Below are positions 6,750 through 15,087 of a DNA stretch of 24,000 nt, one piece after another. Source of the DNA: Thermoleophilia bacterium UBA6103. Lineage in GTDB: Bacteria; Actinomycetota; Thermoleophilia; UBA2241. The stretch covers positions 5,329 through 29,328 of the forward strand of contig DIWP01000002.1 of the NCBI GenBank assembly GCA_002423545.1. The letters are read 5' to 3'. The notes below the pieces were generated by a model, which ran no database searches, was not told the DNA's origin, and saw only the letters and a list, made by a program, of their open reading frames with translations. Numbering within the stretch: the first letter of the stretch is position 1; each line of letters begins with the position of its first letter. The position numbers were made by a program, and so were the translations under genes.

Positions 6750-9388
6750 GGCGCCCCTCTCTGCTCGACGGCGTCCAGCATGCGCTGGGCGGCGGCCAGC
6801 TCGGCGTCGCGGCCGCCGGTCAGGATGCCGCCGATCTTGAGCCTCAGCAGGCTGGCCAGCACGCGTCCGATGGCCGGCGACTCCGCGTATCCCAGCTGAC
6901 GCAGGTCGGCGCCGTCGACCTCGAGCCGCACATGGCGGAGCCGGTCGAGATACACGGCCAGCCGACGCGCCACGGCGCCGCCGCGGTCGAGCGTCATCGC
7001 CACCAGGACCGCCTCGAGCGGCGCCTCGCCGGCCACATCATGCACGTCGGCGTCGGCAGGACTCGTGCGCACCCGCTCGAGCAGCAGGCGCCCGACGACG
7101 AACGCCCGTGCCAGGACGCCGGCATCGGTGCGCCGGATGCGCATGCGGTCGGCCCACTCGAGGATCTGCGCCGGCTCCACGTCGCGCAGCATCAGTGCCA
7201 GGCGTAGACGCCACAGCGGCATCTCGCCGACCAGGCCGTGGCGCAGCCACAGCGTGTCGGTGGCCCGGATCAGCTCGCGGGTCGCCTGGCCACCGGAGAT
7301 GCCGGGGTGCACGACGCGGTCGAGCCGCAGCTCCCGGAGCCGGCGCAGGGCGTGCTCGACGCTGCGTTCGCGCAGGATGAGGACCAGCTCGTCGCGCAGG
7401 CGGGCCGACGAGAGGTCACCGACCAGCTCCATCTCACTGCAGGCACGGGCCAGCGCGATCGTCCGGGCATCCATGCGGAACCCGTAGCGCGTCTCGTAGC
7501 GCACCCCCCGGAAGATCCGCGTGGGGTCTTCGATGAAGCTCAGATTGTGCAGCACGGCGAGCCGGCGCGCAGCGAGGTCCTGCAGCCCGCCGAACGGATC
7601 GTAGAGCGTGCCGTAGTCCTCGCTGCTGAGGCTCACCGCCATGGCGTTGATGGTGAAGTCCCGGCGCGCCAGATCGCTGCGCAGCGGCGCCGGCTCCACG
7701 CGGGGCAGGGCCGCCGGGTAGTCGTAGAGCTCGGTGCGGGTCGACGCCACGTCGACGCGCAGCGCCTCGCCGCCACCCTCCTCCCCGGCGATCACGACCG
7801 CGGTGCGGAACTTGGGGTGCGCACGCACGTGGCCGCCGAGCCGCCGGGCGAGCTGGTGGGCGAACGCGATGCCGTCGCCCTCCACGGCGATGTCGATGTC
7901 GAAGGTGCGTTCCCGCAACAGCACGTCGCGCACGGCGCCGCCGACCAGATACGCGCCCTGGTACGACGTCGCGAGGGCCTGGATAGCCTCGAAGAGATCG
8001 TCCAGGCCCAGATCCTCCAGCCGCGGCGCCAGCGTCGGACCTTCGGGCAGATGACGCCTGCCGGCCTCGGGCGGCATGCCGAGGACGTCGCGTCCGCGCA
8101 CCAGTCCGAGCACGTCGCCGGCGTGCAGCGGCGCCTGCCGGCCGGCGCGGTGGACGACCAGGTGACCGGTCGGGCTGCCGGCCGCCTGCTCCACGAGACC
8201 GACCGCCGGGGCGGCGGCGCTGACGGCCGGCACGGTGCGGCTCATCACCGCCTTGACCGGCGCATGCCCGAGCCCGTGGCCCGCCGCCCGTCGCAGATCG
8301 TCTTCGCCGACGCTGCCCACGATCAGGCCGTCTTCGACCACCAGCGCTCCGGCGACGTCCTCGCGGCGGCAGAGGATGAGGGCGTGGTCGATGCTGTCGT
8401 CAAGGTCCACCAGCGCCGCCGGCCGCGAGACCAGTTCGGCGGCCCGACGCCCGTGCTGGGACGCATTCCGCACGGCTGCCGCGACGGTATCCGCGACGCT
8501 CTGCGGGTCACGGTCGCGGACCACGGCCGAAGCGGCTGCCGGGTGGCCGCCGCCGCCGACAGGCTGCAGAGCTGCGGCCACGTCGACGCCGCCGAGGCGG
8601 CTGCGGGCGACGACGAAGACCCGTGCCTCCATGCCGAGCACCAGGATGAACGCGTCGGCGCCGGTCACGTCGATGAAGCGATGGGCGATGACGGCGATCT
8701 CTTCCACATAGCGGTCCCAGCTCAGGGCGGCGATGAGGACGTTCTCGCCGATGCCCGGCACCGGCGTGGCCGTCTGCAGGGAGCGGGCCAGCAGCTGGCG
8801 CTGATCGCCCGACAGCGGATGGTGCAGGAAACGCTCGATGAGCGCCGTGGAAGCCCCGCGCTGCATGCAGAACGCCAGCGCTTCCGCGTCACGCTCCGTC
8901 GTGGTGGTGAACGTCAATGAGCCGGTGTCCTCGTGGATGCCGAGCGCGAACACGGTGGCTTCCAGCGGCGAGATCGGGATGCCGCGCTCGGCGAGGATGC
9001 GCAGGAGGAGTGTCGTCACGGCGCCGTCGTCGGTGGAGATGATGTGCGCGCCGGGCACCGTGCCGGCGTCCGCGTGCAGCGGGTCGTGATGGTCGAACAC
9101 CACCACGTCGATCCCGGGACGTTTCAGCAGCGGTCCCAGCTCCCCCAGGCGATTGGCGTCGGCCGTCTCGATAAGGATGAGGCGCTCGACCGCCTCCGGC
9201 TCGATGTCGTCGGCGCTGATGAACCCGAAGCGGTCGCCGTAGAGGTGAGCGAAGCGGCGGACGTTCTGGTTCAAGGCCCCGCTGAGGCAGATGCGGGCAC
9301 GCGGATACAGGCGCGCCGCGGCGACGGCGCCGGCGAGGGCGTCGAAGTCGGTGTTGGTGTGGGCGGCGATGACCTCGCTGACATGCAT
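6746..9388 (-). CDS. DHH/DHHA1 - tandem CBS - tRNA nucleotidyltransferase (CCA/A-adding, class II) fusion protein
   Basis: HTNTDFDALAG and VVFDHHDPLHAD (DHH), VGGGGHPAAASA (DHHA1), two CBS-like repeats, then GAYLVGGAVRDVLLRERTFDIDIAVEGDG and RRDFTINAMAVSL (polymerase head). ATG at 9388 (MHVSEV) preferred over the GTG at 9418 in the ORF track. Confidence 0.9.
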   Translation of the reverse strand: MHVSEVIAAHTNTDFDALAGAVAAARLYPRARICLSGALNQNVRRFAHLYGDRFGFISADDIEPEAVERLILIETADANRLGELGPLLKRPGIDVVVFDHHDPLHADAGTVPGAHIISTDDGAVTTLLLRILAERGIPISPLEATVFALGIHEDTGSLTFTTTTERDAEALAFCMQRGASTALIERFLHHPLSGDQRQLLARSLQTATPVPGIGENVLIAALSWDRYVEEIAVIAHRFIDVTGADAFILVLGMEARVFVVARSRLGGVDVAAALQPVGGGGHPAAASAVVRDRDPQSVADTVAAAVRNASQHGRRAAELVSRPAALVDLDDSIDHALILCRREDVAGALVVEDGLIVGSVGEDDLRRAAGHGLGHAPVKAVMSRTVPAVSAAAPAVGLVEQAAGSPTGHLVVHRAGRQAPLHAGDVLGLVRGRDVLGMPPEAGRRHLPEGPTLAPRLEDLGLDDLFEAIQALATSYQGAYLVGGAVRDVLLRERTFDIDIAVEGDGIAFAHQLARRLGGHVRAHPKFRTAVVIAGEEGGGEALRVDVASTRTELYDYPAALPRVEPAPLRSDLARRDFTINAMAVSLSSEDYGTLYDPFGGLQDLAARRLAVLHNLSFIEDPTRIFRGVRYETRYGFRMDARTIALARACSEMELVGDLSSARLRDELVLILRERSVEHALRRLRELRLDRVVHPGISGGQATRELIRATDTLWLRHGLVGEMPLWRLRLALMLRDVEPAQILEWADRMRIRRTDAGVLARAFVVGRLLLERVRTSPADADVHDVAGEAPLEAVLVAMTLDRGGAVARRLAVYLDRLRHVRLEVDGADLRQLGYAESPAIGRVLASLLRLKIGGILTGGRDAELAAAQRMLDAVEQRGAP

Positions 9389-9394
9389 GACCGC

Positions 9395-9400
9395 AGTATA
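9395..9400 (-). promoter_or_regulatory. Candidate -10 element of a leaderless promoter for the DHH-CBS-CCA gene
   Basis: TATACT, then 6 nt (gcggtc), then ATG at 9388. This puts the predicted transcription start on the A of the start codon. Confidence 0.5.
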
Positions 9401-9503
9401 TGCGCCGTCATCGCGCACGCCGTGGAACAGGGTGTGCGGTCACCGTGGCGCGGAGGGGCTGCCGAGACCGCTGAGACCGCAGCAGCCGCGGCGTCGGCCG
9501 CTC

Positions 9504-11672
9504 TCAGGCCCGCAACAGCCAGCCGACGCGTCGCCCGAAGGCTTCGCGCACGGCGGCCGCCAGGGCGGCGTTTGAGGGCGCCGCCAGCAGCGGATCGTCG
9601 CGCAGGGTGCGCCGCGCCGCCGCCCGGGCACGATCGATGGTCGCCCTGTCGCGTACCAGCCTGGTCAGGCGGAGATCACCGACGCCCGCCTGGCGGGCGC
9701 CGAGCACGCTGCCCTCACCGCGGATCTCCAGGTCGCGATCGGCGAGCTCGAAGCCGTCACTGCTGGCTTTCAGGGCTCCGAGGCGAGCCCTGGCCTGGTC
9801 GGTCTCGGGCCGCGCGAAGAGCAGGCAGTACGATCGGGCCTTGCCGCGACCGACACGTCCCCGGAGCTGGTGGAGCTGGGCCAGGCCGAAGCATTCGGCA
9901 TCTTCGATGATCATGATCGTGGCGTTGGGGACGTCGATGCCGACCTCGATGACGGTGGTGGCCACCAGCACCTGCGTGTCCCCCGACTTGAAGGCGCGCA
10001 TGGTCGTCTCACGATCGGCCGGTCTCATCTGTCCATGCAGCACGGCGAGCCGGTAGCCGCGCAGCTCGCCGGCGGCCAGGCGTTCGGCTTCGTCGACGGC
10101 CGCCGCCGCCGTGCGCGACTCGGAGCCCTCGATGGTGGGACAGACCACGTAGGTCTGCCGGCCCGCATCGAGGTGCTTGCGCGTGAAGGCGTAGGCATCG
10201 TCGCGCTTCTCTTCCGGTACCACGCGCGTGACGATCGGCTGACGGCCTGTCGGCGGCGCCGCGATGACCGTCATGTCGAGGTCGCCGAAGAGCGTCAGGG
10301 CCAGCGTCCTGGGGATCGGCGTAGCCGTCATGTAGAGCACGTGCGGGGCGTGGCCCTGCGCCGACGCCCGCCGGGCGAGCTCGTCGCGCTGGACCACGCC
10401 GAAGCGGTGCTGCTCGTCGACGACGATGGCCGCCAGGGAACGGAACCGCACATCCGCCTGAAAGAGCGCATGTGTGCCGACGATCAGCTGTGTGCGGCCG
10501 CTCTCCAGGCGAGAGAGGACGGCGCGGCGACGGGCCGCCGGCAGACCGGCGATCAGCAGCTCGCAGGACACCAGGTCGCCGACCAGCTCGTGGACCGTCG
10601 CCAGATGCTGCCCCGCCAGGGTCTCAGTGGGCACCAGCAGGGCGCCCTGGTGTCCGGCTGCCGCGGCGCGCAGCAAGAGATGGAGGGCGACGACGGTCTT
10701 GCCGGACCCGACGTCGCCCTGCAGCAGGCGCCGCATCGGCGTCGTCGTGGCCACGTCCGCATCGATCTCGGCCACCGCTGCCTTCTGGTCGGCCGTCAGG
10801 GCGAACGGCAGCCGCTGCTCGAAGGCGGTCGCGGCGCCGGAGCCGTCCGCCAGCGGCTGCGCCGCCAGACGCCCCTGTTCGCGAGCCTTGTGGGCCAGCA
10901 ACCCCACCTGCAACAGGTACGACTCCTCGAAGACGAGCCGCGCCCGCGCCGTTCTGCCGACGTCGGGGTCGCGCGGGGCGTGGACCGCCAGAACGGCATC
11001 GGCGCGCGTCGGGAGACCGTGCTCGATGCGCAGCCATGCGGGCAGGGGGTCGGGCAGACCCCGGGCTGCCGGCAGGACGGTGCGTACGAGTGTACGCAGC
11101 GTTCGCGCTGAGACTGCCTCTCCCGCCGGGTAGACCGGCACGACCCCCTCGGTGTGCAGCGTCTCCTCGCTCGCGGCGAGTATCTCGTGGCTCTTGACGA
11201 CGAACGAGGGGCGTCCGCCGCGGGCCGTTAGCGTGCCGCGCAGGCTGAGGGTCATGCCCGGCTCCAGCGCCTCCGCCAGCCAGGCCTGATTGAACCAGAT
11301 CGCCTCGCTGACTCCGGACGGATCGCGGACGCAGGCACGCACGACCTGCAGGCCTTTGCGCCGTCCCTTCGTCAGGGCGACGCGCTCCACGGTAGCCCGT
11401 ACGGTCGCCTCCTCGCCGATCTTCAGGGAGCCCAGATCGCGCCGGTCGCGGTAGTCGTCGTAGCGGCGCGGGTAGTGCTCGAGAAGATCGCCGACCGTGC
11501 TCAGGCCGAGCTCGCGCAGGCGGCGCGCGATCGCCGGCCCGACACGGGCCACAGACGTGAGCGGCAGGGCCAGCCGTTCGGGGCGCAGGAAGAGACGGGG
11601 CTGCGGCGGCGTGCCCGGGAACGGCTTGCCGCCGAGCTGCAGCGGCGCTGGTCGGGGCACTGCCGCCGGCAC
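9504..11672 (-). CDS. recG: ATP-dependent DNA helicase RecG
   Basis: LLQGDVGSGKTVVAL (Walker A), VVDEQHRFGV (DEQH), YMTATPIPRTLALT, ATTVIEVGIDVPNATIMIIEDAECFGLAQLHQLRGRVGRG. Confidence 0.95.
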   Translation of the reverse strand: MPAAVPRPAPLQLGGKPFPGTPPQPRLFLRPERLALPLTSVARVGPAIARRLRELGLSTVGDLLEHYPRRYDDYRDRRDLGSLKIGEEATVRATVERVALTKGRRKGLQVVRACVRDPSGVSEAIWFNQAWLAEALEPGMTLSLRGTLTARGGRPSFVVKSHEILAASEETLHTEGVVPVYPAGEAVSARTLRTLVRTVLPAARGLPDPLPAWLRIEHGLPTRADAVLAVHAPRDPDVGRTARARLVFEESYLLQVGLLAHKAREQGRLAAQPLADGSGAATAFEQRLPFALTADQKAAVAEIDADVATTTPMRRLLQGDVGSGKTVVALHLLLRAAAAGHQGALLVPTETLAGQHLATVHELVGDLVSCELLIAGLPAARRRAVLSRLESGRTQLIVGTHALFQADVRFRSLAAIVVDEQHRFGVVQRDELARRASAQGHAPHVLYMTATPIPRTLALTLFGDLDMTVIAAPPTGRQPIVTRVVPEEKRDDAYAFTRKHLDAGRQTYVVCPTIEGSESRTAAAAVDEAERLAAGELRGYRLAVLHGQMRPADRETTMRAFKSGDTQVLVATTVIEVGIDVPNATIMIIEDAECFGLAQLHQLRGRVGRGKARSYCLLFARPETDQARARLGALKASSDGFELADRDLEIRGEGSVLGARQAGVGDLRLTRLVRDRATIDRARAAARRTLRDDPLLAAPSNAALAAAVREAFGRRVGWLLRA

Positions 11673-11681
11673 CGCCCTCCC

Positions 11682-12536
11682 TTACTCGGCGATGACCGAG
11701 TAGGCGCAGGCGCCGGGGCCGATGTGCACGCCGACGACCGATCCCGCCCATCCGGTGAACAGGATGCGGGCGTCCGGGCGCACGCCCAGAAGGATGTCGC
11801 GCAGCTTCTCTACCGCCCCCGGGCTGTCGGCCTGCACGATGCTCACGTAGAGCGTGTCCTTGGGGCCGGCATACTCAGCCAGATACTGCCCCATCGCCTC
11901 CCAGGCACGGCGCTCGCCGCGGATCTTGGCATACGGCGAGATGACGCCGTCGTAGGCTTGGATGATCGGCCTGATCCCGAGGACCCCGCCGACCATCTCC
12001 TGGGCCCGCCCGATGCGTCCACCGCGGCGCAGGTATTCGAGCGTCGCCGGCAGGATGGCCATACGGCCGCGATCCTGGAAGTGGCGGATGTACGAGCGCA
12101 GCTCCTCGAGCTCGATGCCCTCTTCGAGCTTGGTCTGCACCCGGTCGACCAGCAGACCGAGACCGCAGCACACGTTGCGGCTGTCCCAGATCTCGACCTT
12201 GTCGTTACCTTCGGCGGCTGTGGTCGCGGACTGGATGGTGCCGCTCAACTCCTGCGAGATGTGGATCGAGAAGATGTGCTCGTACTCTCCACCGAGCCGA
12301 TCGTAGACCTCGGCGAACTGGGCCACCGAGGGCTGCGACGAGGTCGGCAGGTCGCCGCCCTGCTTGAGGCGTTCGTAGAGCCTGGGTGGCGGCATCTCGG
12401 TGCCGTCGTCGTACAGCTCCGTGCCGAACACGACTTTGAGCGGTACCACGGTGATACCGCGTGCCGTCCAACGATCGTTGGGGTCGGCGGTAGAATCGGT
12501 CACCACGACCGTGTTCTCGGTGGTCAAGAGCGTCAT
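11682..12536 (-). CDS. DegV family fatty-acid-binding protein (FakB-like)
   Basis: VVVTDSTADPND, ITVVPLKVVFG, TSSQPSVAQFAEVY, HISQELSGTIQSA, LRRGGRIGRAQ. Confidence 0.93.
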   Translation of the reverse strand: MTLLTTENTVVVTDSTADPNDRWTARGITVVPLKVVFGTELYDDGTEMPPPRLYERLKQGGDLPTSSQPSVAQFAEVYDRLGGEYEHIFSIHISQELSGTIQSATTAAEGNDKVEIWDSRNVCCGLGLLVDRVQTKLEEGIELEELRSYIRHFQDRGRMAILPATLEYLRRGGRIGRAQEMVGGVLGIRPIIQAYDGVISPYAKIRGERRAWEAMGQYLAEYAGPKDTLYVSIVQADSPGAVEKLRDILLGVRPDARILFTGWAGSVVGVHIGPGACAYSVIAE

Positions 12537-14155
12537 TCCGCTCCAATCAGGATCGGGTACAGGGGCTGGCCGCCGGCCTGGATGACGGCCTCGGCCTGGG
12601 GTAGGCGACGCGCCAGCGCGGCGGCGACGTCGTCGTCGGTGATGGACGCACCGTTGAGGCTGGTCAGCACGGTGACGACCTCGGGATCGTGGGCTTCCAG
12701 CCGGCCGAGGACATCGTCGAGGACACCGCCGACGTCCTCGCCGGTGGCGACGAGCGTCCCGTCGATGAGTCCTATGACCTGGTCCTTCTTGACGCTCAGG
12801 TCGCCGATGATGGAGTCACGCACGGCCACCGTGATCTCGGCGCAGTGCGCACGCGCCAGAGCCTGCGTCATCACGGCCGCGTTGGCCACCGCATCCTTGT
12901 CGGGATCGAATTCGACCATGGCGGTGAGCCCGGCGGGCATCGACTTCGAGGGCACGACGACGATGGTGCGCGTGCTCATGGTGGCCGCCTGCTCGGCGGT
13001 CAGGATGACATTGCCGTTGTTGGGAAGGACCACGACGTCGTCGCTGGGCAGACGGTCGATGACCTCCAGGAGCTGCGCCGCGCTGGGGTTCATCGACTGG
13101 CCGCCGTCGACGATCCCGGCGCAGCCGATCTCGCGGAAGAGCGCCTGGTTGCCGGCGCCGGCCACCACCGCCACGACGGCCGTCCGGCCGGCCCCGGGCG
13201 GCGAGCCGCCGGCCGAGCGAAGACGCGCGTCGCGCTCCCGGGTCTGAGCGTGCATGTCGTTGATCTCGACCTCGCTGAGGCCGCCGTGGCGGACCGCCCA
13301 CGTCAGGACGGCCCCCGGGTCGTCGGTGTGGACGTGGACCTTGAGCATCTCGGCGTCACCGACGAGCAGGGCGCTGTCTCCGATAGGAGCCAGGAAGCTC
13401 TCGAGCTCGCCCTTCGGCAGTCCGCTGCCGGTGAGCAGGAAGCTCGTGCAGTACCGGTAGCGCGACAGCTCGCTGGGTTCTTCGAGCGAACGCACGGCCG
13501 GAGCCCCCTCGGGGCGGGGACGCTGTCGGGCAGCCCTCGAGATCGCCGCCGGTGCTCCGTTGAGGACGGTCGCCAGGCCGCGGCAGATCACCAGCAGGCC
13601 GTAGCCGCCGGCGTCGACGACGCCGGCCTGGCGCAGTGCCGCCAGCTGCTGGGTCGTGCGTTCCACGGCGATGCGGCCGGCCGCCAGGATCGCATCGAGA
13701 GTGTCGGGCAGCGGCGTGTCGTCGGGCAGGTGCGAGGCGGCGGCCGACATCTCGCGGGTGACCGTGAGCATAGTGCCTTCGACCGGCTTCTTCACGGCGC
13801 GGTACGCCGCCGAGGTCGCCTCGGCGAACGCCTCCTTGAGCGTCGCGGTGGTAAGGACGCCTCCCGGCCGGCAGACGGAGCAGGCGCCGCGCACGATCTG
13901 CGAGAGGATCACGCCGGAGTTGCCGCGCGCGCCCATCAGCGATCCGCGGGTCACCGCCGCCGCGACGCCGTCGTCGAGGCTGCCGGCGCTGCGCTCCAGC
14001 TCTTCGCGGATGGCCCTGACGGTGAGCAGGAGGTTGGTCCCGGTGTCTCCATCCGGTACGGGGTAGACGTTCAGGTCGTTGATCAGCGACCGTTCCGCCT
14101 CGAGCTCCACCAGCGCCCCGTCGACGAGCGCCACTGCGAGGTCGTGCGCCGTCAC
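12533..14155 (-). CDS. fakA: DAK2 domain fatty acid kinase-like protein (YloV/FakA)
   Basis: INDLNVYPVPDGDTGTNLLLT, RGSLMGARGNSGVILSQI, DPGAVLTWAVRHGGLSEVEINDMHAQ, VVLPNNGNVILTAEQAA. ATGA overlap with degV. Confidence 0.93.
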   Translation of the reverse strand: MTAHDLAVALVDGALVELEAERSLINDLNVYPVPDGDTGTNLLLTVRAIREELERSAGSLDDGVAAAVTRGSLMGARGNSGVILSQIVRGACSVCRPGGVLTTATLKEAFAEATSAAYRAVKKPVEGTMLTVTREMSAAASHLPDDTPLPDTLDAILAAGRIAVERTTQQLAALRQAGVVDAGGYGLLVICRGLATVLNGAPAAISRAARQRPRPEGAPAVRSLEEPSELSRYRYCTSFLLTGSGLPKGELESFLAPIGDSALLVGDAEMLKVHVHTDDPGAVLTWAVRHGGLSEVEINDMHAQTRERDARLRSAGGSPPGAGRTAVVAVVAGAGNQALFREIGCAGIVDGGQSMNPSAAQLLEVIDRLPSDDVVVLPNNGNVILTAEQAATMSTRTIVVVPSKSMPAGLTAMVEFDPDKDAVANAAVMTQALARAHCAEITVAVRDSIIGDLSVKKDQVIGLIDGTLVATGEDVGGVLDDVLGRLEAHDPEVVTVLTSLNGASITDDDVAAALARRLPQAEAVIQAGGQPLYPILIGAE

Positions 14156-14508
14156 TCGCGGAGGTCCTCGACGAGTACGTCGACCTCGGAGACGCCGAGG
14201 CCGGTGGCCCGCTCGATCTGATAGGCGACCTGATCGCGCAGGATCGCGGTGACCTGGGCCACATTGACGCCGCGCTCCATGACGACGTGGAGTCGGACGT
14301 GGACGGCATCGCCGTCACGCTGGACCTCGACACCCTCGGTCAGGACGCCGCGGAACAGGTCTGCCACGCGGCGCATGGGAGCACTGTGGAGATCGACGAC
14401 GCCGTACGTGGTGCGGGCGGCGTAGGCGGCGAGCTTGGCGATCGCCGAGTCCGCGAACGCGACGCCGCCCTGTGGTCCGTCGTCCTGTCCTCCAGGATGC
14501 GCGCGCAT
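14152..14508 (-). CDS. Asp23/Gls24 family envelope stress response protein
   Basis: FADSAIAKLAAYAARTTYGVVDLHSA...RDGDAVHVRLHVVMERGVNVAQVTAILRDQVAYQIERATGLGVSEVDVLVEDL. ATGA overlap with fakA. Confidence 0.9.
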   Translation of the reverse strand: MRAHPGGQDDGPQGGVAFADSAIAKLAAYAARTTYGVVDLHSAPMRRVADLFRGVLTEGVEVQRDGDAVHVRLHVVMERGVNVAQVTAILRDQVAYQIERATGLGVSEVDVLVEDLRE

Positions 14509-14517
14509 CGCCGTCAG

Positions 14518-14772
14518 CTACACCTCCCCCCGCCCCTTGCCGTCCGGCGCTTGAAGATCCGGCAGCAAGGTGTTGAGCGCCGCCACGATCTCGTCGGGCT
14601 CCACACGGTGCATGATGGCGCCGGCTTCGATGCTCTCCATGCTGGCCCCGATACACGTCGAGCAAGCCATGCCGTGCGTCTCGAACACCACACGCACGTC
14701 CGGATGCAGCCCGAGCGCCGCGATGATGGACATGTCTTTGTGGAAGACGGTCACCCTGCCGCTGGTCTCCAT
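14518..14772 (-). CDS. Small DUF1858-like (hybrid-cluster-protein-associated redox disulfide domain) protein with CxxC
   Basis: METSGRVTVFHKDMSIIAALGLHPDVRVVFETHGMACSTCIGASMESIEAGAIMHRVEPDEIVAALNTLLPDLQ. Length, CSTC motif and C-terminal helix pattern fit DUF1858. The ORF track start at 14982 overlaps rpmB and is unlikely. Confidence 0.75.
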   Translation of the reverse strand: METSGRVTVFHKDMSIIAALGLHPDVRVVFETHGMACSTCIGASMESIEAGAIMHRVEPDEIVAALNTLLPDLQAPDGKGRGEV

Positions 14773-14799
14773 GCTCCACAGGCGGCCACTGCAGACCGT

Positions 14800-14828
14800 T
14801 TGCCTTGCTGAAGCGCGTGTAGCATAAT
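14800..14828 (+). promoter_or_regulatory. Predicted rpmB promoter
   Basis: TTGCCT (14800-14805), 17 nt, CATAAT (14823-14828). Confidence 0.55.
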
Positions 14829-14849
14829 GACGCCCCGCAACCGAATCAA
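14821..14849 (-). promoter_or_regulatory. Predicted promoter for the DUF1858-asp23-fakA-degV-recG cluster
   Basis: Minus strand TTGATT (14844-14849), 17 nt, TATGCT (14821-14826). Confidence 0.6.
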
Positions 14850-14862
14850 GCAAGGTCCTCGC

Positions 14863-15054
14863 ATGTCCAGAGTCTGTATCGTCTGCGGAAAGCGGCCGGT
14901 CATCGGTCACAGCCGGAGCCACTCCAACGTCGCCACCAAGCGCCGTTTCGATCCGAATCTGCAGCACGTCCGCATCATGCACGATGGCCGCCCACGTACC
15001 GCATACGTGTGCGCCCGTTGCCTGCGCGCCGGCCGCGTCACCAAGGTCCTCTGA
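14863..15054 (+). CDS. rpmB: 50S ribosomal protein L28 (cysteine-containing, zinc-type)
   Basis: [38 protein letters not shown]...[20 protein letters not shown]-like AAGG 7 nt upstream. ATG 14863 is preferred over the ORF track start. Confidence 0.95.
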   Translation: MSRVCIVCGKRPVIGHSRSHSNVATKRRFDPNLQHVRIMHDGRPRTAYVCARCLRAGRVTKVL

Positions 15055-15074
15055 CGCTCACCGCCGCCTGAGCG
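15055..15074. terminator. Inverted repeat directly after rpmB stop, between convergent rpmB and ribH
   Basis: CGCTCA-CCGCCGCC-TGAGCG: perfect 6-bp stem, 8-nt loop, no T-tract on either side. Confidence 0.3.
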
Positions 15075-15087
15075 CCGCACGGCGCCG

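Noticed and set aside
7238-8920. 560-aa plus-strand ORF (and 8933..9910)
   Set aside because: Antisense to the well-supported DHH-CBS-CCA fusion gene.
10624-11751. 375-aa minus-strand ORF in a second frame of recG
   Set aside because: Same-strand out-of-frame ORF inside RecG; RecG motifs are continuous in the other frame.
11475-13247. 590-aa plus-strand ORF
   Set aside because: Spans recG, degV and fakA on the opposite strand; compositionally a shadow ORF.
12689-14221. 510-aa plus-strand ORF opposite fakA
   Set aside because: Antisense of a conserved gene with no own motifs. Long open antisense frames are common at this GC content.
14518-14982. 154-aa version of the DUF1858-like ORF
   Set aside because: The extension overlaps the rpmB coding start and both predicted promoters; the conserved domain starts near 14772.
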